64,000 bases of DNA from positions 320,001-384,000 of the forward strand of contig CAVZJB010000008.1 of the NCBI GenBank assembly GCA_963775425.1. The letters run 5' to 3'. This document shows positions 14,638 to 26,485 of this stretch, piece after piece; the stretch's first letter is position 1, and the number at the start of each line of letters is the position of its first letter. The translations under genes and the position numbers were made by a program. The DNA comes from an uncultured delta proteobacterium. GTDB taxonomy: Bacteria; Myxococcota; UBA727; VGSZ01. Under the pieces are notes generated by a model that was not told the DNA's origin, made no database searches, and saw only the letters and a program-made list of their open reading frames with translations.

Positions 14638-16605
14638 CTACTTGAGCCTGGCCTTCAAGAGGTCGCCGAGGGTGCCGAGGCCGCCGCCGCCCGACTTGTC
14701 GGACTTGTACTGGTCGACGAGGGCGCGCTCCTCGGCCTGCTCACGCGCGGTCTTTGAGACCTTCAGGCGGCCGCGCTCGTCGACGTCGATGACCAGGAGC
14801 TGGAGCTTTGTCCCCAGGGGGAACGCCTTGTTCAGGTCGGAGCCGCGCGGGGTGCCCGTCTCCGACGCCGGCATGAACGCGCTCTGCCCGGCGAGCTCCG
14901 CCGGCGCCTCGATCTTCACGAAGACGCCGAAGCGCTCCACGCGATCCACCGCGGCGTCGACCTGCGCCCCGCGCGCCACGCGCCTGCCGCCCGAGCGCCC
15001 GCGGCCCTCGGAGACGTCGGCGAGCTCCGGCGGCGCGTCCTTGAGCGACAGCGAGATGCGGTGCGCCGCCTCGTCGACGGAGATCACCCGCACGCGCACC
15101 TCCTCGTCGACGTTGAGCACCTCTTTCGGGTGCCCGATGCGCCGATCGGCAATCTCGCTCACGTGCACCAGGCCCTGAACGCCGGGCCACAGCTCCACGA
15201 ACGCGCCGAACGCCTCGAGCTTCTTCACGGTGCCCACGAGCCAGTCGCCGGCCGCCATGTCGTCGAGGTGCTCGATGAAGGGATCCGGCTGCGCCGCCTT
15301 CAACGACAGCCCGATGCGGGCCTGTCCGGGACGCTTCGGGTCGTCCTCGATCTTGGTGACCTCGACGGTGACGAGATCGCCGGTCTTCAAGACCTCGCCG
15401 GGATCCTTCACGTGCCCCCAACCGAGCTGCGACAACGGGATCATGCCGTCGACGCCGCCGATGTCGACGAAGGCGCCGAAGGGCTGAAGCCGCGTGACGG
15501 TGCCCTTCACCATGGCGCCCACGGCGAGCGTGGCCATGGTCTTGTGCGCCTGCTCCTTCTTCTGCTTTTCGACGAGCGCGCGCCGCGACAGCAGCACGTT
15601 GCGCCCGTTCTCCTTCACCTCGCGCACGATGAACTCGAGGGTCTTTCCGACGAGGGACTGCGGATCGTCGACGAAGCCGGCGTCGATCTGCCCGAGCGGG
15701 CAGAAGCCGCGGGCCGAGCCCGACAGGGACACCTCGATGCCGCCCTTGTTCACGCCCGACACCGTGCCCTGCACCGGCATCTGCGACGCCTTGGCCTGCT
15801 CGAGCATGCCGACGTCGATCTGGTCGCGGCCGAGCTTGGTGGACAGGAGGATGCCCTCGGACAGCCCCACCACGAACGCGTCGATGACGTCGCCGACGTT
15901 CAGGCGCAGCTCGCCGTCCTCGTCGAGGAACTCCGCCGTCGGCGCATGCGCCTCCTGCGTCCGCGACAGCTCGAAGAAGGCCGAGTCCGTGCCGATGTGC
16001 ACGCAGCGGGCGCGCACCTTGTCGCCGACGCGCACGTCGACGCGGTCGATGGGGCCGGTCTCCGCGAGCATGGCCGCGAAGTCGCCCGGGTCGCCCGTCT
16101 CGACGACGACGGGCGCGATGTTGGCGAAGTCACCCGGTCCCGCGCGGGGCCCGCGCGGCCGCCCGCCCCGGTCGTCGCTCCGTCCGCGCCCGCCGCGGGG
16201 CCGCCCGCCCTCGGGGCCGCGCCCGCCGCGCCCCGCGCCGCCGGCGTCGTCGACCATGGGCCGCTCGACGGTGGTGGCGTCGGAGGCGGGCGCGCCCTCG
16301 ACGGTGGCGGCGTTTTCGAGGGAGCCCTCGGTGGTGCCGCGGGGCGTCACGTTGGTGGGCCCGTCGTTGGGCCTGGGCTTGCGGTAGATCTCCGGCTCGC
16401 GGCGCTTGCCCTTGGCCTCGCGCCCGCCGTCGCGGGAGCGGCGCACGGTGGACGGCGGCGGCTGGAGGTGGGTGGGGTCCACGCGCTTGCCCGTGTCGAC
16501 GGCCGTGATCTTCACGTCGTCGGGGGCGGCCGGGGGCTCGCTCGCGGGGGCGTCGCCGGCGGGGGGCACCTCCGCCGTGGTCTCGGTCTTGTCGTCGACG
16601 GGCAT
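14638..16605 (-). CDS. rpsA: 30S ribosomal protein S1-like multi-S1-domain RNA-binding protein (possibly a second paralog)
   Basis: Five S1 repeats (e.g. GTVTRLQPFGAFVDIGG, GLVHVSEI, RISLSLK), C-terminal GTLGDLL, long disordered RGG-rich N-terminus. Confidence 0.8.
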   Translation of the reverse strand: MPVDDKTETTAEVPPAGDAPASEPPAAPDDVKITAVDTGKRVDPTHLQPPPSTVRRSRDGGREAKGKRREPEIYRKPRPNDGPTNVTPRGTTEGSLENAATVEGAPASDATTVERPMVDDAGGAGRGGRGPEGGRPRGGRGRSDDRGGRPRGPRAGPGDFANIAPVVVETGDPGDFAAMLAETGPIDRVDVRVGDKVRARCVHIGTDSAFFELSRTQEAHAPTAEFLDEDGELRLNVGDVIDAFVVGLSEGILLSTKLGRDQIDVGMLEQAKASQMPVQGTVSGVNKGGIEVSLSGSARGFCPLGQIDAGFVDDPQSLVGKTLEFIVREVKENGRNVLLSRRALVEKQKKEQAHKTMATLAVGAMVKGTVTRLQPFGAFVDIGGVDGMIPLSQLGWGHVKDPGEVLKTGDLVTVEVTKIEDDPKRPGQARIGLSLKAAQPDPFIEHLDDMAAGDWLVGTVKKLEAFGAFVELWPGVQGLVHVSEIADRRIGHPKEVLNVDEEVRVRVISVDEAAHRISLSLKDAPPELADVSEGRGRSGGRRVARGAQVDAAVDRVERFGVFVKIEAPAELAGQSAFMPASETGTPRGSDLNKAFPLGTKLQLLVIDVDERGRLKVSKTAREQAEERALVDQYKSDKSGGGGLGTLGDLLKARLK

Positions 16606-16710
16606 CGCGGATCTCCTGCTCGGGGAGCCATGCCGTGTCCGCCGTCTGTCGGCAACGGCCCGCGTGGACCCCGCCGCCTTCGACGGGGTCCAAGGCGGTC
16701 GTCGCGCCGC

Positions 16711-17214
16711 TCAGATCGTGAGCTGGCCGGAGCGCAGCAGGTAGGCGAGCTGCCTCCTCTGCTCGGCGTCCAGCATGGCGTGGGTGCGCTTGAGCGCCTT
16801 GACCACGGCCTCCCGCAGCCGCTCCGCGCTCTTCACGCGGGCGCCGGCGGCGGACTTGGCGCCGTCCTCGTCGAAGGCGTCGCCGGCGAGGCAGTCGGCG
16901 AAGGAGCCGACGCTGCGCCGGTGATCCACCGAGGCCTGCGCCCGCTCGGTCTTCAGCTCGTCGAGGATGGCGGCGAGCTCGGCCACCTGGCTCTCGTTGA
17001 GCTCGAGCCTGTGGGCCATGAAGCGCAGCGGCCGGCGCACGCCGAAGCCGCCGCCGCCGTCCTCCATCGCGAACCAGCTCTCGACGTCCTCGCGGGACCG
17101 CCGCGCTTGCCGGCCATAGCCGTACGCGGGGCCGCAGCCGGCGCCGCAGGAGGCGCCCCCCTGCTGGGATTGGCGCTGTTGCTCTTTCCACCAGTGCATG
17201 AAGCCTGGATGCAT
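16711..17214 (-). CDS. Spy/CpxP-like helical protein
   Basis: RPLRFMAHRLELNESQ and HAMLDAEQRRQLA resemble LTxxQ motifs; AGGAG RBS before MHPGFMHWW. Confidence 0.6.
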   Translation of the reverse strand: MHPGFMHWWKEQQRQSQQGGASCGAGCGPAYGYGRQARRSREDVESWFAMEDGGGGFGVRRPLRFMAHRLELNESQVAELAAILDELKTERAQASVDHRRSVGSFADCLAGDAFDEDGAKSAAGARVKSAERLREAVVKALKRTHAMLDAEQRRQLAYLLRSGQLTI

Positions 17215-17301
17215 GCTGACTCCTTCTCGCCCGGGCATGGCCGCGGGCGGGGACTTCGACCCGGGCGACATGCCGCGGGTCCCCTGGATTGTAGGCAGGC
17301 G

Positions 17302-17712
17302 TCAGCGCCGGGCAACGGCGGATTGGCGGAGCTTCCCGGGGAGCGCGACGTCGAGGGCGCGGAGCAGATCTCCATACCCGAGGGGCTTTGTGAGATACGC
17401 CGTGGCCCCGATGCGCAGGCCCCGCTCGACGTCGGCGGCATGGCCGAGCGTGGTGATGATGATGATGGGGAGGTCCTTGAGCCGCGGGTCGTTGCGCGCC
17501 TGGTCGAGGACCTGCAGGCCCGTCACCCCGGGCATGTGGATGTCGAGGAGGGCGGCGTCCACGGGGGTTTGCTGCAGCAGGGCGAAGGCCTCGGTGCCGG
17601 AGCTCGCCTCGATCACGGAGAAGCCCAGCCGCTCGAGCCAGGTGCGCAGCAACATGCGCATGACGCGGGCGTCGTCGGCGACGAGGACACGGGCGCGCGG
17701 CGGCTCGCTCAC
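17302..17712 (-). CDS. Single-domain response regulator (CheY-like)
   Basis: VLVADD, LLDIHMPGVTG, PIIIIT, GATAYLTKP; GTG start. Confidence 0.9.
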   Translation of the reverse strand: MSEPPRARVLVADDARVMRMLLRTWLERLGFSVIEASSGTEAFALLQQTPVDAALLDIHMPGVTGLQVLDQARNDPRLKDLPIIIITTLGHAADVERGLRIGATAYLTKPLGYGDLLRALDVALPGKLRQSAVARR

Positions 17713-17803
17713 ACAGGCTTGATACCCCGGCCGGACACGAAAAGACCACGCCTTGCCCCCGGCGGCCCGCTTGCTACGGTGCTTGTCTCGTCGAGACGGA
17801 GCC

Positions 17804-18385
<582 letters not shown>

Positions 18386-18388
18386 GCG

Positions 18389-19555
18389 CTACGGGCGCAT
18401 CAACACCTTGATGCAGCCCTCGCGCTTGTGCCGGAACACCTCGTACATCTCGGCGGCCTCGTCGAGGCGCCGCCGGTGCGTGACCACGAACGAGGGATCG
18501 AGCTTGTCCTCGAGGATCAGCGCGAGCAGCTTCTTGGTGTAGCGCTGCACGTGCGTCTGCCCCGTGCGGATGGTGAGCGCCTTGTTCATCGCCGCGCCGA
18601 AGGGAAGCCGGTCGACGCCGCCGTAGATCCCGGGCACGGAGACCACGCCGCCCTTTCTGCAGAGGCGCAGCGCCATGCGCAGCACGTGGGCGCGGTCGTG
18701 GTCGATGTGCACGGCCTGGCGGACGATGTCGCCGAGGGCGTCGGCGGAGAAGCCGTGGGCCTCCATGCCGACGGCGTCGATGACGGCGTCGGGGCCGAGG
18801 CCGCCGGTGAGCTCCTTCACCTTGCCGGTGACGTCCTCGTTGTCGTCGAGGATGACGTCGGCGCCGGCGAGGTCGCGCGCGGCCGCCAGTCGCTCGAGCA
18901 CGCGGTCCACGGCGACGACGCGCCCGGCGCCGAGGAGCTTGGCGCTCTTGATGGCGAGCAGGCCCACGGGCCCGCAGCCGAAGACGAGCACCGTCTGGCC
19001 GGGCTCGATGTCGCACTGCTCCGCCGCCATGTACCCGGTGGGAAAGACGTCGGTGAGCATCAAGAGCTTGTCGTCGGGGACGTCGCGCGGGAGCACCACG
19101 GGGCCCACGTCGGCGAAGGGCACGCGCACGTACTCGGCCTGCCCGCCGGCGTAGCCGCCGGTGAGGTGCGAGAAGCCGAACAGCCCCGCCGTCGACGTGC
19201 CGAGCACCTTCTCGGCGAGCGCCGCGTTGGGGTTGGTGTTGTCGCAGCACGAGTACAGGGAGCGCCGGCAGAAGAAGCACTGCCCGCACGCGATGCAGAA
19301 GGGCACCGCCACGCGATCGCCCTTCTTGAGCTTGGTCACCGCGGGGCCGACGTCGACGACCTCGCCCATGAACTCGTGGCCGAGGATGTCGCCGGGGCGC
19401 ATGCCCGGCATGTGGCCGCCGTAGAGGTGCAGATCGGAGCCGCAGATCGCCGTCGACGCCACGGCGACGATGCAGTCGTGCGGGTTCAACAGCTTCGGGT
19501 CCGGCACGGTCTCGACGCGCACGTCCTTCTTGCCGTGCCAGACCACCGCCTTCAT
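18389..19555 (-). CDS. Zinc-dependent alcohol dehydrogenase (formaldehyde dehydrogenase-like)
   Basis: [34 protein letters not shown]. Confidence 0.93.
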   Translation of the reverse strand: MKAVVWHGKKDVRVETVPDPKLLNPHDCIVAVASTAICGSDLHLYGGHMPGMRPGDILGHEFMGEVVDVGPAVTKLKKGDRVAVPFCIACGQCFFCRRSLYSCCDNTNPNAALAEKVLGTSTAGLFGFSHLTGGYAGGQAEYVRVPFADVGPVVLPRDVPDDKLLMLTDVFPTGYMAAEQCDIEPGQTVLVFGCGPVGLLAIKSAKLLGAGRVVAVDRVLERLAAARDLAGADVILDDNEDVTGKVKELTGGLGPDAVIDAVGMEAHGFSADALGDIVRQAVHIDHDRAHVLRMALRLCRKGGVVSVPGIYGGVDRLPFGAAMNKALTIRTGQTHVQRYTKKLLALILEDKLDPSFVVTHRRRLDEAAEMYEVFRHKREGCIKVLMRP

Positions 19556-20166
19556 GCGTCACCCCCTCGCCGGGCGGGATCGTCGAGGAGCAGGCCACGG
19601 CGACCGGCGCCGACGGACTGCCCCTGCACCGTGGGCGCCTCGCCCGTCTCGAGCTCGGCCTTGAAGCGCCGCAGGTCGTCCTTCGCCGCGGCGACCAGGC
19701 TCCGGTCGAAGCGGCCGGCGGCGGGCTCGTAGCCGAGCTCGACGTGCAGCACCGTTCCGCCGGGGACGGCCTCGAAGCGCAGCGTGCCGCTCGCACGCAA
19801 TTCGGGCGCGGGGATGGAGCGCCAACTGAGCTGCTCGCCCGGCCGGTCCTCGGTGATCGCCGCGTCCCACTCGAGGGCGTCGGCGTTGGCGCCGGCGAGG
19901 TGCGCCTTCCAGTGGAAGCGCCCGTCTCCGAGATCGGCGACGTCGTCGACGTGGCGCAGCACGCGCGGCAGGCGGGTCAGGTCGCGCCACGCGCGGTAGA
20001 CGTCGTCGGGCGAGCGCGCGAGGTGCAGCGAGGTGCGGATGGAGATCACACGCCCCTTCTTCGGCCTGCGGGCGGCGACGCGGCGGACGGCGAAGAGCAC
20101 GAGCGCTCCGCCGGACGCGGCGTAGATCAGGCGGCGGGCGAGGGTGCCGGCGGTGAGCTTCGCCAT
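19552..20166 (-). CDS. SRPBCC/polyketide cyclase family protein
   Basis: [44 protein letters not shown]; the usual neighbour of this ADH type. Confidence 0.85.
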   Translation of the reverse strand: MAKLTAGTLARRLIYAASGGALVLFAVRRVAARRPKKGRVISIRTSLHLARSPDDVYRAWRDLTRLPRVLRHVDDVADLGDGRFHWKAHLAGANADALEWDAAITEDRPGEQLSWRSIPAPELRASGTLRFEAVPGGTVLHVELGYEPAAGRFDRSLVAAAKDDLRRFKAELETGEAPTVQGQSVGAGRRGLLLDDPARRGGDA

Positions 20167-20231
20167 GGGAGTGCCTCCGTCTTGGAGCTAACCAGTCCGA
20201 CGCGTCGCGGCCGGATCGATAAAATGACGTC

Positions 20232-20750
20232 ATGCTCACGGCGGTGCTGATCATGACGACGCAGTTGGCGACCGAGCCTCCGATGACCGTGACCACCTCG
20301 TCCTTCCAGGATCACGCGGCGATCCCGAAGGAGCACACGTGCCAGGGCAAGGACCAGAGCTGGTCGTTGTCGATCACGGGTGTGCCCAAGGAGGCGAAGA
20401 GCCTCGCCGTCGTCGTCCACGACCCCGACGCCCCCGACCCCAAGGCGCCGCGGCCCGGCGGTTGGACGCACTGGGTGCTCTACGATCTGCCGCCGTCGAC
20501 GACGGAGCTCGCCGCCGGCGTCTCCGCGGCCGCGCTGCCGCACGGCACGCTCCAGGGCAGAAACGACTGGAAGAAGCCCGGCTTTCGCGGCCCCTGTCCC
20601 CCGGTGGGCAGGCACCGCTACGTCACCACGGTCTACGCCGTCGACACGGTGCTCGGGGACCTCAAGGAGCCCCCACGGGAAGCGCTGCTCAAGGCCATGG
20701 ACGGCCACGTCGTCGCCAAGGCCGAGCTCACGGGCACCTACCAGAAGTAG
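20232..20750 (+). CDS. YbhB/YbcL family Raf kinase inhibitor-like protein (PEBP)
   Basis: HDPDAP, WTHWVLYDLP, GPCPPVGRHRY. Start may be 20283. Confidence 0.92.
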   Translation: MLTAVLIMTTQLATEPPMTVTTSSFQDHAAIPKEHTCQGKDQSWSLSITGVPKEAKSLAVVVHDPDAPDPKAPRPGGWTHWVLYDLPPSTTELAAGVSAAALPHGTLQGRNDWKKPGFRGPCPPVGRHRYVTTVYAVDTVLGDLKEPPREALLKAMDGHVVAKAELTGTYQK

Positions 20751-20802
20751 CCCGCTGCGCCGGCGGCGCCGTCGGAGCCTGAGCGCGCGGTATCGTGCCC
20801 CC

Positions 20803-21729
20803 ATGTCCCTCGTGGATCCCCACTTCGAGCGCATCGCGCGCCGCCTGCGCACGCTGACGCTGTGCGCGCCCGACGCCGAGGACGGCTCGCTCGAGGAGCG
20901 GCCGGGCTCGCCGTTCGGGCGGGTGTCGCCGCGCCTGGTGGGGCAGTACACGGCGAGCGGCCTGCGCGCGGCCATCGGCGAGTACGGCCTGGCCAAGAAG
21001 CTCGAGGACAAGGGCCTCGGCGACTTCCAGGTGGTGATCAGCGAGGAGGACGCGTTCCGCCAGCGCCTCGAGGTGCTGCTGCCGGAGGGCAGCGCCCCCG
21101 ACCGCCACCTCATGGATCTGCGCCTGCATCTGCGCTCGGTGACGCTGCCGCCGCCGTCCGGCGCCCCGCCGGCGGCCGCGCCCGCGCCGCTCGCCGTCGT
21201 CGTCGTCGAGTGGCTCTTGATGCAGAACCCCCGCGCGCGCTTCACCAAGGAGCGCCCGCGGCTGCCGGGGCAGGAGTACCCGGGCACCGGCCTCGGCGGC
21301 GCCGTCGCCCAGCTCCTCGTCCTCATGTGTCGCCGCATCGGGCGCGACGGCCTCATCGTGGTGCCCGCGCGCTTCCACCTCGCCGAGCTGTACACGCGCG
21401 CCGGTTGGCTGGCCCCGGGCCCCAGCGCCGACCGCGACTTCGAGGATGTGCTGGCGGCCGCGCGCAAGCTGACGTTCCCGGCGCGGGCGTGGGCGACCGA
21501 GCGCGGCTTCGTCATCGACGAGGACGGCGCCCCGTTCGTGTATCACCCCGAGGAGCGGGCGCTGCCGGTGTCGGACCGCATGGCCAAGGCCCTCGCCCCC
21601 GGCGGCTTGTTGTGGCTGGCCCGGCTGCTCGAGCCGCGGCGGAGCTTCGCCGTCGACGTCGACGGCCTCGCCCGCTCCCTGCGCACCGATCCCGTCGAAG
21701 GCATGGACCCGGGCGCGCTCGTCCAGTAA
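20803..21729 (+). CDS. Hypothetical protein resembling the C-terminal domain of myxobacterial deacetylases
   Basis: WLLMQNPRARF..ERPRLPGQEYPGTGLG and RRIGRDG....PARFHLA motifs; the similarity is recalled, not searched. Confidence 0.6.
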   Translation: MSLVDPHFERIARRLRTLTLCAPDAEDGSLEERPGSPFGRVSPRLVGQYTASGLRAAIGEYGLAKKLEDKGLGDFQVVISEEDAFRQRLEVLLPEGSAPDRHLMDLRLHLRSVTLPPPSGAPPAAAPAPLAVVVVEWLLMQNPRARFTKERPRLPGQEYPGTGLGGAVAQLLVLMCRRIGRDGLIVVPARFHLAELYTRAGWLAPGPSADRDFEDVLAAARKLTFPARAWATERGFVIDEDGAPFVYHPEERALPVSDRMAKALAPGGLLWLARLLEPRRSFAVDVDGLARSLRTDPVEGMDPGALVQ

Positions 21730-21739
21730 GTCCCCGCAG

Positions 21740-22380
<641 letters not shown>

Positions 22381-22384
<4 letters not shown>

Positions 22385-23622
22385 CCCCGCTCGTCGCCCT
22401 GGCGCTCGCCCTCGGTGTCGCCGCCACGCCGCCGTCGTCGCCCGCCGGGTCCGCGGCGCCGGCGCGGCCGGCGGTGCCCTGGGGCGAGGGGGGCGAAAGC
22501 AACGCCGCGGACCTCACCGTGAGCCTGGTGACCTTTGGTCCGGGCCCGGACATCACCGAGTGGTTCGGCCACAGCGCCATCATCGTCGAGGACAAGCGGC
22601 TCGGCGAGGCGCGGCTGTACAACTACGGCGAGTTCTCCTTCACCGACGACACCATCGTCCAATACGCGCTGCACGCGCTCACCTTCCACGTGGGCGAGCG
22701 CCAGGTGCTGCCCACGTTCCACCGCTACGAGGGCGAGGGCCGCGCCATCCGCGTCGACGAGCTCGCGCTCACGCCGGAGCAGCGCATGAGCGCCGCGCGC
22801 TTCCTCGCGAACAACGCGCTCCCGCAAAACGCGCTCTACGTCTACGACCACTACCTGCAAAATTGCGCCACGCGCCCGCGCGACATCATCGATCGCGCCT
22901 CGGGCGGCCGCCTGCGCGCCATCGTCAAGGCCGGGCGCATGACGTTGCGCGAGCACACGCGACGCATGACCGGCGTGAGCCCGGCGATGTCGGTGCTCAT
23001 CGACTTCCTGGAAAACGCGAGCGTCGATCGCCCGGTGACCACGTGGCAGGAGGCGTTCCTGCCCGCGGAGCTGTTGCGCCAGGTGCGCGCCGCCGGCCTG
23101 GTGAAGCGCGAGCAGGTGATCTTCGCGGGGACGCGCCCGGCCATCGCCGCGCGGGCGCCGGTGTACGCGCCCGCGCTGCTCGCCCTCGGCGTCGTCGTCG
23201 GCGGCGTCGCCGTCGCGCTGCGTCGCCGGCGCGCTCTGCGGGCGGCGTGGTCGCTGTTGTCGGGCGTGGTGTTGGGGGTGCCGGGGACCGTGCTCGCGCT
23301 CATGTGGCTCATCACCGACCACGACGTCGCGCACCGGAACGCCAACCTGTTCGTCGCAAACCCGCTCACGCTCGTGGCCGCCGCCTTGTCCCTCGCCGTG
23401 GTCATCGGCGCCTTCGCGCGCCGCAGCGCCTCGGCCCCCGCGCCCGGGGGCGGCACCCGCGTCGAGCGCGCGCTCGGCTGGCTGTGGGTGGCGCTCGTCG
23501 TCGCCGGCGTCGTCGGCGTGCCCGTCGCCCTCGTCGCCGGCCAGGACGTCTGGCAGACCTACGGCTTCGCTTTGCCCGTGCTGGCCGGCAACGCGGCTGC
23601 GTTCGCGCTCCCGAAGGTCTGA
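22381..23622 (+). CDS. DUF4105/Lnb-like membrane protein
   Basis: FGPG..WFGHSAI, YNYGEFSF, YDHYLQNCATRPRD, FLP, several C-terminal TM helices; GTG start coupled to the udk stop. Confidence 0.8.
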
Positions 23623-23689
23623 ACGTCCATTCTTTTCGACACCGACGTGCGCGTCGATCACGTCGTCGACATGATAACCGCGGTGCATC

Positions 23690-26482
23690 ATGGCCGCGAC
23701 CGATCTGGATCTGACGGACGCGCACTTCCGCTTGTTGGTGGAAGCGGTCCAGGACTACGCCATCTACTTCATCGACCCGAACGGGATCGTGCGCTCGTGG
23801 AACAAGGGCGCGCGCCGCCTCAAGGGCTACACGGATCGCGAGATCATCGGCCGCTCCTTCTCCGTGTTCTACACACCCGAGGACGTCGCCCGGCACAAGC
23901 CGGAGCGCATGCTGTCACTGGCGTTGGAGCGGGGCTCGCTCGTCGACGTCGGGTGGCGCGTGCGCAAGGACGGCTCCCGCTTCTGGGCGCGCGTGGTCAT
24001 CACCGCGCTCCGGGACGCCAACGATCGTCACGTCGGCTTCACCAAGGTCACGCGTGACCTCACCGACGAGGGGTACCGCGAGTTCGTCGAGGCGGCCCAC
24101 GCCATCGTATGGACCACCGACGCGGCCGGGCGGCCCAACGCGGACTCGTCGTCGTGGCGCGCGTTCACCGGCCAGAGCGAGGAGGCGTGGCGCGGCCAGC
24201 ACGGCTGGGATCCCGTGCACCCGGACGATCTGCACGAGGTGGCGAAGGCGTGGGCGACGGCGACGGCGGAGGGGTCGCCGTTCGAGGCGGAGTTCCGTCT
24301 GCGCCGCCACGACGGCGTCTACGCATGGATGGCCACGCGCGCCGTGCCGTTGAAGCACGAAGACGGACAGGTGCGCGAGTGGTTCGGCGTCACGTTCGAC
24401 ATCAGCGCGCGCAAAAAAGCGGAGGAGGAGCGCGAGGCCTCGCTCAACTGGTGGACGACGACGGTGAGCAGCATCGGCGACGCCGTCGTCGCCACCGACG
24501 CCGCAGGCAGCGTTCGCTTCATGAACGCCGCCGCCGAGCGCGTCACGGGCGTCTCCGCCGCCGTCGCCGTGGGCCGGCCGGTCGAGGACGTCTTTACCCT
24601 CGTCGACGCGCACACGCGCGCGCCCGTCGTCAACCCCGCGCGGCGCGTGCTCGAGGACGACGAGCCGATGTTGGCCGACGACGCGATGCTCCTGCGCCCG
24701 GGCGGCGGCGAGGTGGCGGTGCAGTCGAACGCGGCCGCCATCCGCGTGGGCGAGGGCCGGCTCGACGGCGCCGTGCTCGTCTTTCGCGACGTCACGCGCG
24801 AGCGCGCGGCGCAGGAGCGGCTCGCGTTCCTGGCGCGCGTGGGCGAGGTGCTGATGGCCACCGACAGCTCCCAGGACGCGCTGCAGGCGTTCGCGCAGCT
24901 CGCCGTCCCGCGCCTCGCCGATTGGTGCACCGTGCACGTCGTCGACGCCGCGGGCGTGCTGCGGCCGGTGGCGGTGGGGCACGCCAATCCGTCCCTCGTC
25001 GCGCTGGCCCGGCGGCTCGCCGAGCGCTACCCGGCGCCGGCCGACGCGCCGCGCGGCGCGCCGCACGTCGTGCGCACCGGCGAGGTCGAGCTGTACCCCG
25101 AGGTGCCCGCGCAGCTCGTCGAGGAGGCCGCCCTCGCCGAGGAGGACCGCGACGTCGTCCGGGACCTCCACCTCCGCTCCGCCGTCATCGTGCCGCTCAA
25201 GGGGCGCGAGGGCATCTTCGGCGCGCTCACCCTCATCTACGCCGAGTCGGGCCGCCACTATTCGCAGGAGGACGTGTCGTTCGCCGAGGTGCTCGCGCGC
25301 CGCGCGTCGCTGGTCATCGAGCGCCGCCGGCTCGAGGAGGCGGCGCAGGCGGCCAACCGCACCAAGGACGAGTTCCTCGCCACCATCAGCCACGAGCTGC
25401 GCACGCCGCTGCAAGCGGTCCTCGGCTGGGCCACCATCCTCGCGCGTGGCAAGGCGCGCGATCCGCAGAAGGCCGTGGGCGCCATCGTCAGGAACGCCTG
25501 GGCGCAGGCGCGCCTCATCGACGACATCTTCGACGTCTCCGGCATCATCAGCGGCAAGCTGCGCATGCACATGGCGCGCATCGAGGTCGCCACCGTGGTG
25601 CGCGCCGCGCTCGACGCGGTCCGCCCCGCCGCCGCGGCGCGCGGGGTGCGCGTGACGGAGCAGATCGATCCGGCCGTCGGTGAGATGCTCGGCGATCCCG
25701 ATCGCCTGCAGCAGGTGGTGTGGAACCTCGTGAACAACGCCGTGAAGTTCACCGACGCCGGCGGCGAGGTGATCGTCCGGGCGACGCGCGAGGACGCGCT
25801 CGTGCGCATCGCGGTGAAAGACACCGGGCGCGGCATCAAGCCGGAGGACCTGCGCGTGATCTTCGAGCGCTTTCGCCAGGTCGATTCGTCGCCCACCCGC
25901 ACGAGCGGCGGCCTCGGCCTCGGCCTCGCCATCGTGCGCTACCTCGTCGAGGCGCACGGCGGGATTGTGGAGGCGGACAGCCCGGGGCCCGGGCAGGGCT
26001 CCACCTTCACCGTCGTGCTCCCCGCCACGCCGCCCGCGGTGGCGCCCGGCGCGGCGCCGCCCGCGCGCGCGCCCTGGGACATGCCGCTCGCGCACGTGCG
26101 CGTGCTGGTGGTCGACGACGACGAGGACTCCCGCGAGATCATCGGCGACGTCCTCGCCGACGCCGGCGCCGACGTGGTGCGCGCGTCCAGCGCGTCCACC
26201 GCGTTCGCGAGCCTCCTGCAGGGGCCGCCGCAGGTGCTGGTGAGCGACATCGGCATGCCCGGCGAGGACGGCTACGGGCTCATCGCGCGCATCCGGGCGC
26301 TGCCGCCGGAGAAGGGCCGCGACGTCCCCGCCGTGGCCCTCACCGCGTACGCGCGCGGCGGCGACAAGCGGCGCGCGGAAGAGGCCGGCTTCCAGGTGCA
26401 CCTCAAAAAGCCGGTCGAGCCGACCGCGCTCGTCGACGCCGTGCGTGAGCTGTGCGGCGCGCGGGAGCCGGCGTCGTCGTGA
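23690..26482 (+). CDS. Hybrid sensor histidine kinase (PAS x3-GAF-HisKA-HATPase-REC)
   Basis: RKDGSRFWA, VHPDD, ADWC, SHELRTPL, NLVNNAVKFT, GLGLGL, SDIGMP. Confidence 0.95.
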   Translation: MAATDLDLTDAHFRLLVEAVQDYAIYFIDPNGIVRSWNKGARRLKGYTDREIIGRSFSVFYTPEDVARHKPERMLSLALERGSLVDVGWRVRKDGSRFWARVVITALRDANDRHVGFTKVTRDLTDEGYREFVEAAHAIVWTTDAAGRPNADSSSWRAFTGQSEEAWRGQHGWDPVHPDDLHEVAKAWATATAEGSPFEAEFRLRRHDGVYAWMATRAVPLKHEDGQVREWFGVTFDISARKKAEEEREASLNWWTTTVSSIGDAVVATDAAGSVRFMNAAAERVTGVSAAVAVGRPVEDVFTLVDAHTRAPVVNPARRVLEDDEPMLADDAMLLRPGGGEVAVQSNAAAIRVGEGRLDGAVLVFRDVTRERAAQERLAFLARVGEVLMATDSSQDALQAFAQLAVPRLADWCTVHVVDAAGVLRPVAVGHANPSLVALARRLAERYPAPADAPRGAPHVVRTGEVELYPEVPAQLVEEAALAEEDRDVVRDLHLRSAVIVPLKGREGIFGALTLIYAESGRHYSQEDVSFAEVLARRASLVIERRRLEEAAQAANRTKDEFLATISHELRTPLQAVLGWATILARGKARDPQKAVGAIVRNAWAQARLIDDIFDVSGIISGKLRMHMARIEVATVVRAALDAVRPAAAARGVRVTEQIDPAVGEMLGDPDRLQQVVWNLVNNAVKFTDAGGEVIVRATREDALVRIAVKDTGRGIKPEDLRVIFERFRQVDSSPTRTSGGLGLGLAIVRYLVEAHGGIVEADSPGPGQGSTFTVVLPATPPAVAPGAAPPARAPWDMPLAHVRVLVVDDDEDSREIIGDVLADAGADVVRASSASTAFASLLQGPPQVLVSDIGMPGEDGYGLIARIRALPPEKGRDVPAVALTAYARGGDKRRAEEAGFQVHLKKPVEPTALVDAVRELCGAREPASS

Positions 26483-26485
26483 GGG

